64,000 bases of DNA. Source: Rhina ancylostomus. Its lineage: Eukaryota. The notes under the pieces are model-generated. The model saw nothing but the letters and a program-made list of their open reading frames with translations, had not been told where the DNA came from and made no database searches. The position numbers were made by a program, and so were the translations under genes. The DNA lies in assembly GCA_030265395.1 (NCBI GenBank), contig JARFYF010000001.1, positions 24,455,507-24,519,506 on the forward strand. Reading direction: 5' to 3'. Position 1 is the first letter of the stretch; the number at the start of each line of letters is the position of its first letter. Shown here piece after piece: positions 38,501-51,610 of the stretch.

Positions 38501-39016
38501 CATGATGCCAAACACAGACATAACACAGTCAGACATTAGCACAGGGGTCTGCATGTCAAACTGTGAATCCAGTACCTTCATAACCCAACATCAGCATGCA
38601 AAAGCAAAGGAGAGAATTTCATCAAGGAATGGGATTAGAGAATGGCAGGATCCNNNNNNNNNNNNNNNNNNNNNNNNNNNNNNNNNNNNNNNNNNNNNNN
38701 NNNNNNNNNNNNNNNNNNNNNNACCTGCATGTTGCATGTGACCCAACAATTACCTGCTTGAAAGGGGTGAGAAATGGAGCATTGGGTGGAAATCGTGCAG
38801 GTGGCATGAACCTTTGGAAGGGCTGCTTAGCAGGTAGCTAAATCATGCAGGAAGTTTTTTGAATGGGAAGCCTAAGACAGGAAGGGCTTCTCCTTATCCC
38901 AAAAGTTATGTTAAAAAAAATTACCTTGAATTCTCTTCTGGTTTTACAACTCAACCTTTGCCTCAGGGGAAAATACTTAATCTGCATGACAAAAGATGAT
39001 ACCTGCCAACCTTGGG

Positions 39017-39153
39017 TAGTTGGCACTGCCTGCTCCTGTTGAGCAGTGGCATTCTGTGTTGAGAGTTAGCACTCTGCATGGGGAGTTGATACTGCCTGCT
39101 GCTGTTGAGTGTTGGCATTCTGTGTTGGGAGTTGGCACTCCCTGCTGCTGTTG
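39017..39153. repeat. Imperfect tandem repeat of about 65-70 bp built from shorter gttggca(c/t)t subunits
   Basis: actgcctgct(c/g)ctgttgag..tggcattctgtgttg(a/g)gagtt(a/g)gcactc twice. Confidence 0.75.
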
Positions 39154-40774
39154 CTTTAAACGGCAGGTTAACACTGAATAAGCCAAGATCCCAGGTTGGA
39201 GATCATCCAGCCAATTTTAGTTGCACCACTGAACCTTTCGTTGTGTGCTTACTTTCAATCAAATGATTGAGCTATGAACTTAATGTTACTCGACACTGGA
39301 AGAATTCATTTCTTGGAAAGGTTCAAATGATCTTACCCAAATTCTTTTGGACAAAAAATCAATTTAAGTCAGAATATCACAATGAATCAAAGGACTTGAA
39401 GCAATCTGCCACTCCTTCTGACTGAATTCTTTTGAGGATTGAAGCTGTGTGATGCTTCACAATACTTTAATGATTGGAAATTTCTGAAGGAGGAACGAAT
39501 CTTTGTATTTAATTAAAGGTTATTGAAGGAAATGGCACGGAAAAGATATGGAGTAAAATTGGTTGTGGCACTGACATACTTTATAGTTCTATGAGCATGT
39601 TGCAGAGATATTACAATGAATAGCATTCTTACAAAATTAATTTGGTACTTGATGTTGAGTAACAGGAAACTGCTGAACAAAAGCATATGTTTTGAGGTAC
39701 CAGTTGACAAAAGCTGAATTTTTACAAGGCTTGTTCAAAAAATGGTAGTTATGAAATGCAAAATGAGAAATGTAGCAGCTTGTTTCTGCACAGAAAGGTC
39801 TTAAAGAGTGATAATCTTAATTTTGGACAAATTGCTGAAGATAATTTCCGTGCTCTTCTTCAAGTTCTCACAACACTAGACATTTCCAGCTTCTTGGATG
39901 AATTGTTTTTGTCCATGGGGATGGATTATATCATCATGGAGACAGAAGTATGTAGCTAAAGCATGGGCTTTGCCTTAAGAAATTCTCAAATTTTTTCATT
40001 TGTATTCAGCTCTGTGAATTTAGGAGCACCAGAAATTCAACAGATAGTGTATTAAATCAGTTCTGGGGATCTGGAGAGCCCCAATATATTGGCCATAAAG
40101 AAACTTATTCACATTGCTTCTACAAAAACCATAGTTTGGAGACCAGAGGAATGTGTCCAACAACAGTTAATGGAATACAACAGCAATTGTTTGACTAAGA
40201 AACGCCCTTAAAATTATTTGGTGAGTTTTGGCATTTCTTTCATTTGAGATAACGTAACTGGAAACCTTCTCACTATTAATCTAATAGCTTTGTGTCTAAT
40301 TTTTTTCTTGGATTATTTGAATCTTTAAAATAATTTATGATTTAACTGTTTTCAACACATTCATTATATTTTTCACAGCAAAAAAACTTAATTAATTTGT
40401 AATAGATAATGTATTCCAGAAAGCTGTTTGGCTGAGGTTAAATTTGATACACTTCAGATTAATCAGTCTTCAAGTTTAAAACATTACGATAGGCATTGGC
40501 ATTTGCTCTAGGTTAATGAAGTAGCAACCTCTTCTGCAAACCAAATGGTCACCATGGTAAATGTTCAGCTTTAATGGGCCTTCTGTATCATAAGGCAAGT
40601 CACAAAAATGTGAATCCAGAGAAGAATTTTTTACTAACTTTATACAATATTCGTTCATTTCCAAAATAAATGGAAATACATTGTTACGGAGAATACAGAG
40701 TTGAATTTACAGTCAGGTCTGCTGTGATCTTATTGAATAGTATAGGCTCAAGGGATTGAGAGTTCTCCCATGCA

Positions 40775-42850
40775 TTTGGAATTGGAATTTATTTATTGTT
40801 GTCACTTGTACCGGAGTACAGTGAAAAGCTTGTCTTGCATGCCGTTCATACAGATCAATTCATTACACATTGCACTAAGGTAGTACTAGGTAAAACAATA
40901 CAGAATGCAGAATGAAGTGTCACAGCTGCAGAGAAAATGCAGTGCAGGTAGACAATCAGGTGCAAGGTCATAATGAGGTGGATTGTGAGGTCAAGAGTCC
41001 ATCTTATCATACTAGGGAACCATTCAATAGTCTTATAACAGCGAGATAGAAAGTAGCCTTGAGCCTGGTGGTATGTGCTTTCAGGCTTTTGTATCTTATG
41101 CCTGATGGGAGAGGGGAGGAGAGAGAATGTCCCAGGTGGGTAGGGTCTTTGATTATGCTGGCTGCTTTACTGATGCAGTGAGAACTACATACAGAGTCCA
41201 TGGAGGGGAGGGTTGCTGTGATGACTTAAGCTGTGTCCATAATTCTCTGAGGTTTCTTGTGGTCCCAGGCAGAGCAGCTGCCATACTAAGCTGTGATTTG
41301 TCCAGATAGGATGCTTTCTATGGTGCATCAATAAAAACTGGTGAGTGTCAAAGGGGGCGTGCCAAATTTCTTCAGCCTCCTGAGGAAGTAAAGGCACTGG
41401 TGAGATTTCTTGGCCATGGCATCTACTTGTTGGACCAGGACAAGCTATCGGTGATGTTCACCCTTAGGAACTTGAAGCTCTAAATGCACTTGACCTCAGC
41501 ACCATTGATGTAGACAGGAGCATGTGCACTGCCCCCCTTCCTGAAGTCAATAACCAGCTCTTTTGTTTTGCTGACATTGAAGGAAGGGTTGTTATCATGA
41601 CACAATGTCACTAGACTCTTTATCTCCTTCCAGAGCAGAAGCTGGCCACGCAGTCATGAGTATAGTAGGAGGCTGAGGATGCAGCCTTGTGGGCCACCAG
41701 TGTTGAGAATAATCATGCTGGAGATGCTGCTGCCTATCCACACTGATTGCGGTCTGTTGGTCAGGAATTCAAGGATACAGTTGCAAAGGGAGGTGTTCAG
41801 TCCCAGGTCAGTGAGTTTGCCTGGAATTATAGTTTTGAAGTTGGAGTTGTAGTCAATAAACAATAGTCTGATGCAGATGTCTTTACTGTCCAGATGCTCC
41901 AGAGATGAGTGTAGGACCAGGGAGATGGCATCTGATGTTGACCTGTTTCAGTGGTAGGCAAATTGCAGTGAGTCGAGGTTTTCTGGGAGGCTAGAGTTCA
42001 TGCGTGCCATGACTAGCCTTTCAAAGCACTTCGTGATGGTGGATGTCAGAGCTACCGGGCAGTAGTCATTAAGGCACTTTACCTTGTTTTTCTTGGGTAC
42101 TGGGATGATTGTAGTCTTCTTAAAGTAAGTGGGAACCTCAGATTGAAGCAGGGAGAGGTTAAAAATGTCTGCAAGTTCCCCCGCCAGCTGATCTGCATAA
42201 GATCTAAGGACACAGCCAGGGACACCATCCAGGCCAGATATTTTCCATGGGTTCACTCTCCAGAAGATTGATCTTTCTTCCTCAATGGGTTCAGGTGCAT
42301 TGGAGGCTGTCAGGGTGGGTGGTGACATACCAATCCTCTTCTGTTCAAAACGTGCATAGAATGCATTAAGCTCATCAGGAAGGGATGCGCTGCTGTTGGC
42401 AATACTGCCTGACTTTGTTATGTGGCCCACTATAGCATGTAAACCTTGCCACAACTGACAGCTTGTCTGGGACACAATTTAGGACTAGTATTGTCTCTTT
42501 GCATCTCTGATAGCATTATGGAGGTCATATCTCGATTTCTTGTAAAGGTCAGGGTCACCCGATTTGAATGCTGCAGTCCTAGACTTCAGTAGGAAGATGA
42601 TCTCCCGGTTCATCCATGGTTTCTGGTTTGGGAACACCCGGATTGTCCTCTTTGGTACATAGTCCTCAACACACTTGCTGATAAAGTCCGTGACAGTGGT
42701 GACATATTCATCTCAGCTGGCATCTGAGTCTTTGAACATGGACCAGTCTGCCAACTCAAAGCTGTCACGTAGAAGCTCATCTATTTCCTCAGACCAGCAC
42801 TGTACACCTTTCTGCACTGGATCCTCTCGTTTCAGCTTCCGGTTGTATGG
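40775..42850 (-). mobile_element. Rex1/Babar-clade LINE, 5'-truncated and disrupted
   Basis: LPDELNAFYARFE..GVPGCVLRSYADQLA..IFNLSLLQSEVP..IIPVPKK..LNDYCPVALTS..KCFERLV..LQFAY; [13 protein letters not shown]; [11 protein letters not shown]; KAASIIKDPTHLGHSL. Confidence 0.92.
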
Positions 42851-43119
42851 AAGATCTGGTGGAATCTTAAAAAGTGTGCAATTATTTCAGTTAAGCTTTT
42901 CATTCTGTGCGTAAATCCAGTTGATAATCACTAGGTGAATAATAATATAAATATCCATATATTTATTGTATGCTTGACACGTAACTGTTTGCAGAGAGTC
43001 CAGTTGTGCTGTATTTCAACAATGTGCCAGATTTATCCTAGCTCTTAAGAGCATATTTAAAATATTAGATGTCATACCAGAATGATGTGATTTGGCTGCA
43101 GAAAAAGAACAGTTCATGG

Positions 43120-43570
43120 CTGAGCAACAGAGCTGATGCAGGATAGAAAGCTCAAATTCCTGGAGCAGGAGGACATACACTGGTTGCGACAAGACATGTA
43201 CAAGCCAGGCAAGTTGGATCTTACTAAGGCAAGGTCCAATTGGGTAGGAAGTTTGACTGGTACTGTTAAGGAAAATTAAAAAATCTTGTTGGAGGTAATA
43301 ACCCGATCATATTTTGAAAAGACAAATGGCAGTGATTAATTTAGAAAATAGATTAATAAGAACACTGGGAAAGTAGTAAAAGCAAAGCCTCAAAGAGATG
43401 GTGTTTAATGGTATATATTTCAATTCAAGAAGTTTTGGAAATATGGCCAATGAATTGAAGGCATACGCAGATACGTCAAATAATGATTTTGCAGATGTTA
43501 TTAAAAGATGATTAAAAGCTCAGCTTAATGTTCCTCATTACGGTGCCTTCAGTTAATATTCAGATGGGAA
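43120..43570 (+). mobile_element. Very old CR1 ORF1-end / endonuclease-start remnant
   Basis: ggtatatatttcaattcaagaagttttggaaatatggccaatgaattgaaggca reads GIYFNSRSFGNMANELKA, like CR1 CxYxNARSxxNKxxEL. Confidence 0.5.
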
Positions 43571-43890
43571 AAAGGAAGATGTAATATTTACAAAAAAAAT
43601 AACATTTCTTTGTTATTTGAGAATGCATGACACACCATAAATGTCAACAAATGACATCATAGAAGCTGAATGAAAAACAAGAAGAGTCTGCCGCACAGCT
43701 GGGAGTCCATCACATTCACTAAATGCTCATGGGAAGATAGATAAACAAGTATGTTGGCAAATTTCTGAAAAATATCAGTATGGCAGAAGGGAATTTCAAC
43801 TCCGCTGATATCAATAAGGAATGGAAGTGGTGCAAAAAGCAATGCAGAGAAATATGTTGGCACTCGAGAAGTTATGTTAAAAATGGAGAT

Positions 43891-44646
43891 TGTTACTAAC
43901 CAGCAACAAAAGAAACACACTGAGACATGGTATAAGTGTTAAAAACTACTTTATTAATAACTACTTATGATAATNNNNNNNNNNNNNNNNNNNNNNNNNN
44001 NNNNNNNNNNNNNNNNNNNNNNNNNNNNNNNNNNNNNNNNNNNNNNNNNNNNNNNNNNNNNNNNNNNNNNNNNNAAAGTTCAGTTCAGCAAGCCATAAGG
44101 TGAAACATGAGTAAAGGCTTCTTCAACAACCACCGTTGTCTGGAGATAAACCATAGATGTAGAGAGAAAATAGAGAGTATCATGGCCGTCCACACCAAAA
44201 TACCTGTTTCCTTCTACAGGTCAACAACCAAGTGAACTCCACCTCTTCATTTCGATGTATCTGCCATACCCTAGAGCATCCGTAACATGGCCGTCCACAC
44301 CAAATACCTATTTTCCTCTACAGGTTACTAACAAAGTGAACTCCACCAGATTACTCCAACAATCCATATGTGGATTGCAGTGACAGTCACAGTTATTGTT
44401 TCTCATCCATCGATAGANNNNNNNNNNNNNNNNNNNNNNNNNNNNNNNNNNNNNNNNNNNNNNNNNNNNNNNNNNNNNNNNNNNNNNNNNNNNNNNNNNN
44501 NNNNNNNNNNNNNNNNNNNNNNNNNNNNNNNNNNNNNNNNNNNNNCTGACTGGCTGTTCCAACAATGTCACGATATTCTTTATCTTCTATTGATTTAAGC
44601 ACGCCACACACCCACTATCTTAAAGGGACACTCACCTACCGTAACA
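43891..44646 (-). mobile_element. Solo LTR (Gypsy-like) with 4-bp target-site duplication
   Basis: Termini TGTTAC...GTAACA flanked by AGAT on both sides (43887-43890 and 44647-44650); AATAAA on the minus strand near 43950; two N gaps inside. Confidence 0.8.
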
Positions 44647-45779
44647 AGATGGACTGCCAATACAAAATCTTGCTGCAAGTATATCCCAAAGTGTTGTATG
44701 GAATACAGCAGATTTTCCAAGATAAGCACTCCCAAGGGGTCATTTGTAGGAAAGACTTCTGTTTAATAGCCAGCCAACATATCTATTCATTGTTGCCAAG
44801 AAATTGAATCACATTGGTTCCTTCTTTAGGCATTAACCATGCAAAATTGGATTTTACTTACAATAGATCATGCTAGCAATTCCTTTCCTTGGTGAAATCA
44901 TGCCAATTATAAAATTGTTCCAGTGTATCTGTATATTATCCCTGTTAACCTTTTTTCCCCTTCATCAGACGTGCACATAATGAGGCCACCAATTCCATAC
45001 AGCATACTTCTGCCCATATCAACATAAATTGAAGCTCATAGCTCCACAATTCATCCATCATGGAATATTATCAATAGAACAAGAAACACATCACACTGGT
45101 TTGTTGCTCATCTTGCTTTTAAAGTGACAATGCTGATATTGGTGACCTCATTGGTCAGCTTCAGAACGAAATGCTGGTTGTTCAAACAATTCTAGAAGTT
45201 CAGAGTGTCAAAACTAAGAGGGAGTGCATTTCACTGGTAAGATATCCGTTCCATAAGTGCCTAGGTGGTGATATCATAAGCAGTTCTAATTTTTGTGATT
45301 AGTAAAGCTCTACATATACAAACTTACTGTATCAAAGTATTCTTCATCATTGAGATATCTATGCCTTTCTACAACATTCCAGTGACATTTCCAGTGACCC
45401 TGGCCTCTACTTATTTTTGTTGTCTATTTCCACATCCGTAGAGCAGAGTTTTCTGCATTCTGGTTGATTTTGCAGGCATGCACAGATCAATGCACTCATG
45501 AATGTGCATACACATGTAACAAATTTATGTGTACACACACATACACACAAGCGTGTGCACACATGCATACACTCACATACACCAGTGCCAATAATTATAT
45601 TGATTTCCCTCAAGTGTTTTGGATCAATTACCTATATTATTTTGTAAATTCAGCAATCTTGGTGCAGGAGTCATAAACTTGCCCATTATAACACTCTTTC
45701 TCAGGTGCTGTAATTTCCATGTGAGTAGAATGGATAAATCAAGCAAAAAAAAGAGCTTAATGAGTGGCTAGAAGATCTA

Positions 45780-46085
45780 CTGTCTTACAGTTCCAGTGAT
45801 AGAGCTTCAGTCCTTATCTCTGGAGCTTTCTGTGTAAAGTTTGCATGTTCTCCCTGTCAGCATGGAAGTTTGGTCTGTATGCTCTTGTTTACTCCCACAA
45901 CCCAGGGGCTTGTGATTTGGTAGGTTAATTGGCTCCTGTAAATTGTCCCCAGTGAAGTGATGATGGTAAAATTTAACAGGAATGGGAAAAGAATAGGTCA
46001 GAGAGAATATTTGTTGTTGGGATGGGATTGCTCTTTGAGCTGACATAGATTTGAAGGACTGAATGTCCTCCTTCTATGTTACAGG
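45780..46085 (+). mobile_element. Old V-SINE
   Basis: tgtgtaaagtttgcatgttctccctgtcagcatgg..tgctcttgtttactcccaca..ggttaattggc..taaattgtcccc. Confidence 0.7.
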
Positions 46086-47749
46086 GAAATTCAGAACTTC
46101 AACACAACTTTACTGTAATTCTCAGCAATTCACAATATGCAGACTTTAAGTTTTACACACACAAATCGATTAGTCACATATGAGTTGTACTCCATAAAAT
46201 GCAACAGTGCAATTCACCAAAAACGTCCAATTTTCAACTAGACAATGAGCAACATTGTGCAGGAGAAGCAGAAGATATCACCTCAGAATTGTCTTCTGGG
46301 TAGTTAAAATTTCAGAGTCTTATTTTTCTTCCAAGAACAATAATTCCAAGAATTCATGTAGTTCACAGAAATCAGTGAAGCAATTGAAAGAAGTCCCACC
46401 ATGTAACTCAAGGTCTCAACATGTAATCAGCCCTTACACTATCAATGAAGTGCCTACTCCCTGAGAGTCTGCAGACATCATGTCTTGCCTGCATTTCTCT
46501 GATGAACAATGGAATTGCAGGCCCAGGTTTTCCAAGTCTATCATCTGTGGGACACGTGACATACTGTGGGAAAACCTTTGGCCATACCCTCATGCCTGCA
46601 TTGCTCTCCCCACCAAAGTGAAGATCATGTTGAATTTCGGCATCCTTGCCATAAAATCTTTCCAAGCAGCCACAGCAAATCTCTGAATTGTCTGTGAATT
46701 TCCTGCTCACCCCTACATAACCCAGGCAGTGTAATGGTAAAGAGGTTACATAATTTAGTGAAAGGTCTCCTGTAATTTCTATGAGAAATGGGTAGTATCT
46801 CAGGAACTGGGATTTGCCAGTATTTCTGGCTTCTAAGAAATATAGGCAACAAATGACTACATACATGTGCTCACATAAGCTTTCATTAAAATGTGAAGAC
46901 TTCATTCTTGCTTCCTGCATGCTTCACAGTCTTGTCCAGATGGTGTATAATGATCCCACATCCACTGATGATAACAAATGAATGAATAAATCTCTGTTTC
47001 AATGACTGAACTGGGTTTCTACAATATCTTCCAAAGAGAGCCACTTTGCTTAAAGAACTTAGAACTTGACATAAAATACACTCTCTGGTGAGGGTCACCA
47101 CTGTAGGTAGAGAAAAATCGCCTGAACATATCTTGAACATGTAACTTATTTCTGCATTGTTCCATTGGGTATAGGTTCTCACTTCTGCAGGAGACCAATG
47201 TGGACAAGCCACCTCTTGTCATTGAGGTCTCCTGGCACACTGGAGTTCTTTCCTACAATGTATTTCATAAACTCAGATGCAGATGTTCTTTGAGTGAATT
47301 AGGACCTGTCTCTTTCTCTCCTGAAGACTCTGTTCCCTCTATGGCAGCCACGATGTGTGTTGTGCAGTGTAGCTGCCATGAGGAGTATCATTTGGGTAAG
47401 GTCCTGCTCAGATTCTCAAGAGTCTCATTTTATCACTTATTTCTGCATGCAAATCACTGTCATATTGTTTCACTCTGGACTTTAACCAATTTATCTTTTG
47501 TTTTACTGGAAACGTGATTTGGTGTTAGTTCTAAATGCAATGTTGCTTCAGTGCATTACAAGTAATGCATTTTGATTTCCAGGCATGTACCTTGCCCCTT
47601 CCCAGAAGATGTGATACTTTTTATTCATGCAAGCATCCACTATACCAGCCTTGTGGATGCAGTGCGATGTTTATTACTTATCATAAATGTCATTACTATG
47701 TCATTACTTTTCAGTTGATTACTGTTTGTAAATTGTAGAAAGTTATGAC

Positions 47750-48030
47750 AGGAGACTAGTGTTCAAACTTTTGAGTCTGCAAAAGGGGTATCCAGCTCAA
47801 TTCCACTTACCCATTCTTAGGCTTTAGCCTCATATGGAACATTTTCTACTTGTTAAATGTGGTGATGGTTTTTGCCCCTGTACCTATTTTATAAGTGGGT
47901 TCCAGATCCCCACCGGTCTCAGGGTGAAAAAGATTTCCTCAATTTCTAGAAAATCCTATTACCTTAAATTAACTCTCCTCAGTTATTTCTGTCTGCTTAG
48001 AGACAAACACCCAACTTTGTGAAGCCAAAT
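47750..48030 (-). mobile_element. Old CR1 3' remnant
   Basis: gggttccagatccccaccggtctcagggtgaaaaagatttcctc. Confidence 0.55.
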
Positions 48031-48089
48031 CAAAGTAATGTAAGTCTTAACAGAATCTTAAAGTCCATTTATATGCATAGAAGTAGATA

Positions 48090-48470
48090 AAATACTTGTA
48101 TGATACAGGTATACAAAATTAGGAGAAGCATAGATATGATAGATAGGCAGAGGTTTTTTTTCTAGAGTAGAAATGTCAAATATTGGAAGGCATAGGTTTG
48201 AAGTGAGAGGGGGAAAGTTTAGAGGAGATGGGCAAGGCAAGTTTTTTTAAACTGAGAGTGATAGGTGCCTGGAAATTGCTGCCTGGGGAGGTGGTAGAAA
48301 CAGATATGATAATATATAAGGGGCACTTAGACAGACACATGAATAGGCAGGGAACAGAGGGATATCAGCCATGTGCAAGAAGATGGAATTAGTTAGATTG
48401 GCATCATGGTCAGTGCAGACATGGTGGGCTGAAGGGCCTGTTCATGTGCTGTTTGTTCTATGCTCTATAT
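48090..48470 (+). mobile_element. CR1 LINE 3' end, sense orientation
   Basis: aggcataggtttgaagtgagagggggaaagtttagaggagatg..gcctggaa..gtggtagaa..ggtgggctgaagggcctgtt. Confidence 0.88.
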
Positions 48471-49137
48471 CAGCCTGTTCCAATTGCTAATTTGTTCAAT
48501 TATATGGAAGAGATTAAGTTTGTTTAAATCTTGAAAACTAAATATGAATAAAACTAATATCATCAAAAATCTAATATCTACATGTCCATAATATTTTGTT
48601 TTTATATCTCACTGCCTGAGGCTAACTTGCAAACTAGTACCATTCTGCACATTTGCAAACAGGAAAATTCGATTGTTGAGGACAAATCAATAGAAATGTG
48701 CTGAAACATGACAAGAGCTAAAATCTACTGTCCATTACACAACATAAAAGTTACCCTTATTTGTGGATTCAATGATTTACTGCTATTTTCCTTTGTTTAA
48801 TTTTTGCTTTTCAAGGTTCTATTGGCTGATTTCAGAATACTACAAATCCAAGCAATTGATTTAGCATTATTTTCAAATTCTGAGTACACCTCAATATTCA
48901 ATTTCTCATGGAGATTTCTTGACTTCTGGCTGCCTCTGGGCACACTGAATTACAAATGGAACTCAACCAAAGGGTTATACAGTATTTGTTCTGATTTGAT
49001 CATATAGATTGGAATCTGTCTGAGATTATAGGTCCTTCTTGAAATGGTGATTGCGATCTACTGTTTTCAGTGTCTTTGTTCCTTTAGGCAAGAAATCTAT
49101 TTGGTCAATATTAGTACTTCATTTTACTTTTTCCCAG

Positions 49138-49325
49138 GTGGTCCAGCATACAGGACAAGCCATTCCAGAAGGATTGGCAGTTGACTGGATTGGCAAGAAT
49201 CTGTACTGGTGTGACAAAAGCAAGTTAACTATTGAAGTCTCTAAACTTAATGGACTTTATCAGACAGTCCTTGTGAACACGGGGCTCAAGACTTTGAAGC
49301 ACCTTGTGATCGATCCTCGCATTGG
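49138..49325 (+). CDS. LRP1B: LRP1B exon H (188 nt, phase 0-2), YWTD blade
   Basis: tcccag|GTGGTC...ATTGG|gtatga; [63 protein letters not shown]. Confidence 0.95.
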
Positions 49326-50135
49326 GTATGAGCCTAATATTAAGAGCAGCATTAAAACACAATTAAACTATGTATTTATATTGACTGAGCTACATCTAAT
49401 TCTGAAAAAGTATACCTTTAATTTTCTTACTTATCAAAAAGATATTGGGTAATGCTAACTACTTAATGAAACAAAACCTCCTTAAATGTAGCTTTGGCTC
49501 TTTAGGGGTGTGATGGCAACATTTTTTGATCAACACTTTAATCATACAGTGTTTGAATTATCTGAGATACTCATCTAATGTAAGCATGCCCATGAAAAGG
49601 TTAATTGTAAAGTTTAACATTTTCATGTCCAATTACATATTGAGATGGCAGTTCTAATTTCTATCTAAATTATTATTCCCATTATATATGTTGCTCTATA
49701 ATGGCAGTAGATCAGATTAAAACATGTATTTCACTTTTCTATTTAAGATATTTTTATTCTATTGAAGTAAACAACCTTTGTACTCTTACTTGAATGTTTA
49801 TCTGAATACTAGTATTTGAAAAATTAAGTGAAAGATATTCTGGCAAAGAATTTGTGGATGTAATAATGGCAAATTATAGACCTTCACCATCATTAAACTA
49901 TGAGTGAGAGTCACTTTGGTATTTCTGCATCTGATATGCAGTGTGGAAATCCCAAAATCACTGTCAGGCTTACAGCCATCCTTCACCAGCACAGCATGTT
50001 CCCTTTTCTACTCCAATACCAATGGATCAGTGAAATTGATGAGTGATCAATGATTTCATTAGTATCTTGGGTAGGCATCAAGGAAATAAACTTACAGATT
50101 TTGGGGAATGGAGTGACAGCATGGAACTTTATTTA

Positions 50136-50250
50136 CAGGCAACCCCTGCCTTACAACAGTTCGGCTAACAAAAATTAGTTCTTATGGAATTCATCAATCA
50201 CTACCAAAAAAATCTGGGACATGGAATAAAATTTCTCTCTTACTAAATTT
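50136..50250. mobile_element. Possible Tigger/pogo-like MITE end; other part possibly at 51630-51790
   Basis: TA|caggcaacccctgccttacaacagttcggctaac resembles Tigger-type terminal inverted repeats; the partner end is not clearly identifiable. Confidence 0.3.
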
Positions 50251-50254
50251 ATGT

Positions 50255-51610
50255 CATAGAGTTATACAGCATGGAAACAGGTCCTTTGGCCCAAATGGTC
50301 CATGCTGACCAAGATGACCCATCCAAGCTAGTCCCATTTGCCAGCATTTGGCCCATACCTTATAAACCTTTCCAATCTGGTACCTGTCCAACTGACTTTT
50401 AAAAGTTGTTATTGTACTTGCCTCAACCACTTCCTCTGACAACTCATTCCATATAGATACCACCCTTTGTGCAAAAAAGTGGCCTTTCAAGTTCCCATTA
50501 AATCTTTCCCCTCTCACCCTAAACCTATGCCCTCTTGTTCTTGATTCCCCCACCCTGTGTAAAAGACTGAATGCATTCATCCTTCATGATCTTATACACC
50601 TCTATAAGATCACCTGTCAGTCTCCCATGCTGTAAGGAATAAAGTCCTAGCCCGTCCAACCTCTCCCTGTAACTCAGTCGCTCAAGTTCTAACAACATCC
50701 TCGTAAATCTTTTCTGCACTCCTTCCAGTTTAATGATGATTCTCATTGCAAGACAACCAAAACTGAACACAATACTCCAAATGCAGCCTCAACAATGGCC
50801 TGTACAACTGCACCATGACCTGGTGCAGTTTTATACTCAATGCCCTGACTGATGCTAAGTCATCATGCTAAAAGGCCATAAAGGCCAGCATGCTAAAAGC
50901 CTTCTTCGCCACCCTGTATACCTGTGACTCCACTTTCAAGGAACCATCTATTTGTACTCCAAGGTCCCTCTATTCTGCAACACTCCCCAGGACCCTGACA
51001 TTCACTGTGAAAGTCCTAACTGGATTTGAATTTCCAAAATGCAACACCTCGCACTTATCTGAATTAAACTCCATTTGCCATTCCTCAGCCCACTCACTCA
51101 GCTGATTGAGATCCCTCTGTAGTTTTTGATAACCTTCTTCATTGTCCACTGTACCACCTATTTTAGTGTCATCTGCAAACTTACTAACTGTGCCCAGTAC
51201 ATTCTTATCCAAATTGTTGGTATAGATGACAAACAACAATGAGTCCAGCACAGACCCCTGGTACACCACTCGTCATGGGCCTTCAGTCCAAGAAACAACC
51301 TTTCACCATCACCCTCTACTTTCTACCATCAAGCCAATTGTGTATTCAGTTAGCCAGTTCTCCCTGAATCCCATGTGATCTAACCTTCCATAGCAGCCTA
51401 CCATGTGCAACCCTATCAAAGGCCTTACTGAAGTCCATAGAAACCACATCTACCACCCTGCCCTTATCAACTTTCTTGGTCACCTCATCAAAAAAACTCA
51501 ATCAAGTTTGTAAGACATGATCTCCCATGCAGAAAGCCATGCTGAGTATCCCTAATCAACCTTTGTCTTTCCAGATGTTCATATGTCTTATCCCTCAGAA
51601 TACTCTCTAA
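50255..51610 (-). mobile_element. CR1 LINE, about 1.35 kb of RT and 3' end
   Basis: QGSVLDSLLFVIYTNNLD..SKFADDTKIGG..LQRDLNQLSEWAEEWQMEFNSDKCEVLHFG; LEGVQKRFTRML. Confidence 0.93.

Noticed and set aside
45480-45585. CA-rich stretch giving Cys/Val/His-rich ORFs
   Set aside because: Decayed (CA)n low-complexity sequence, not coding.
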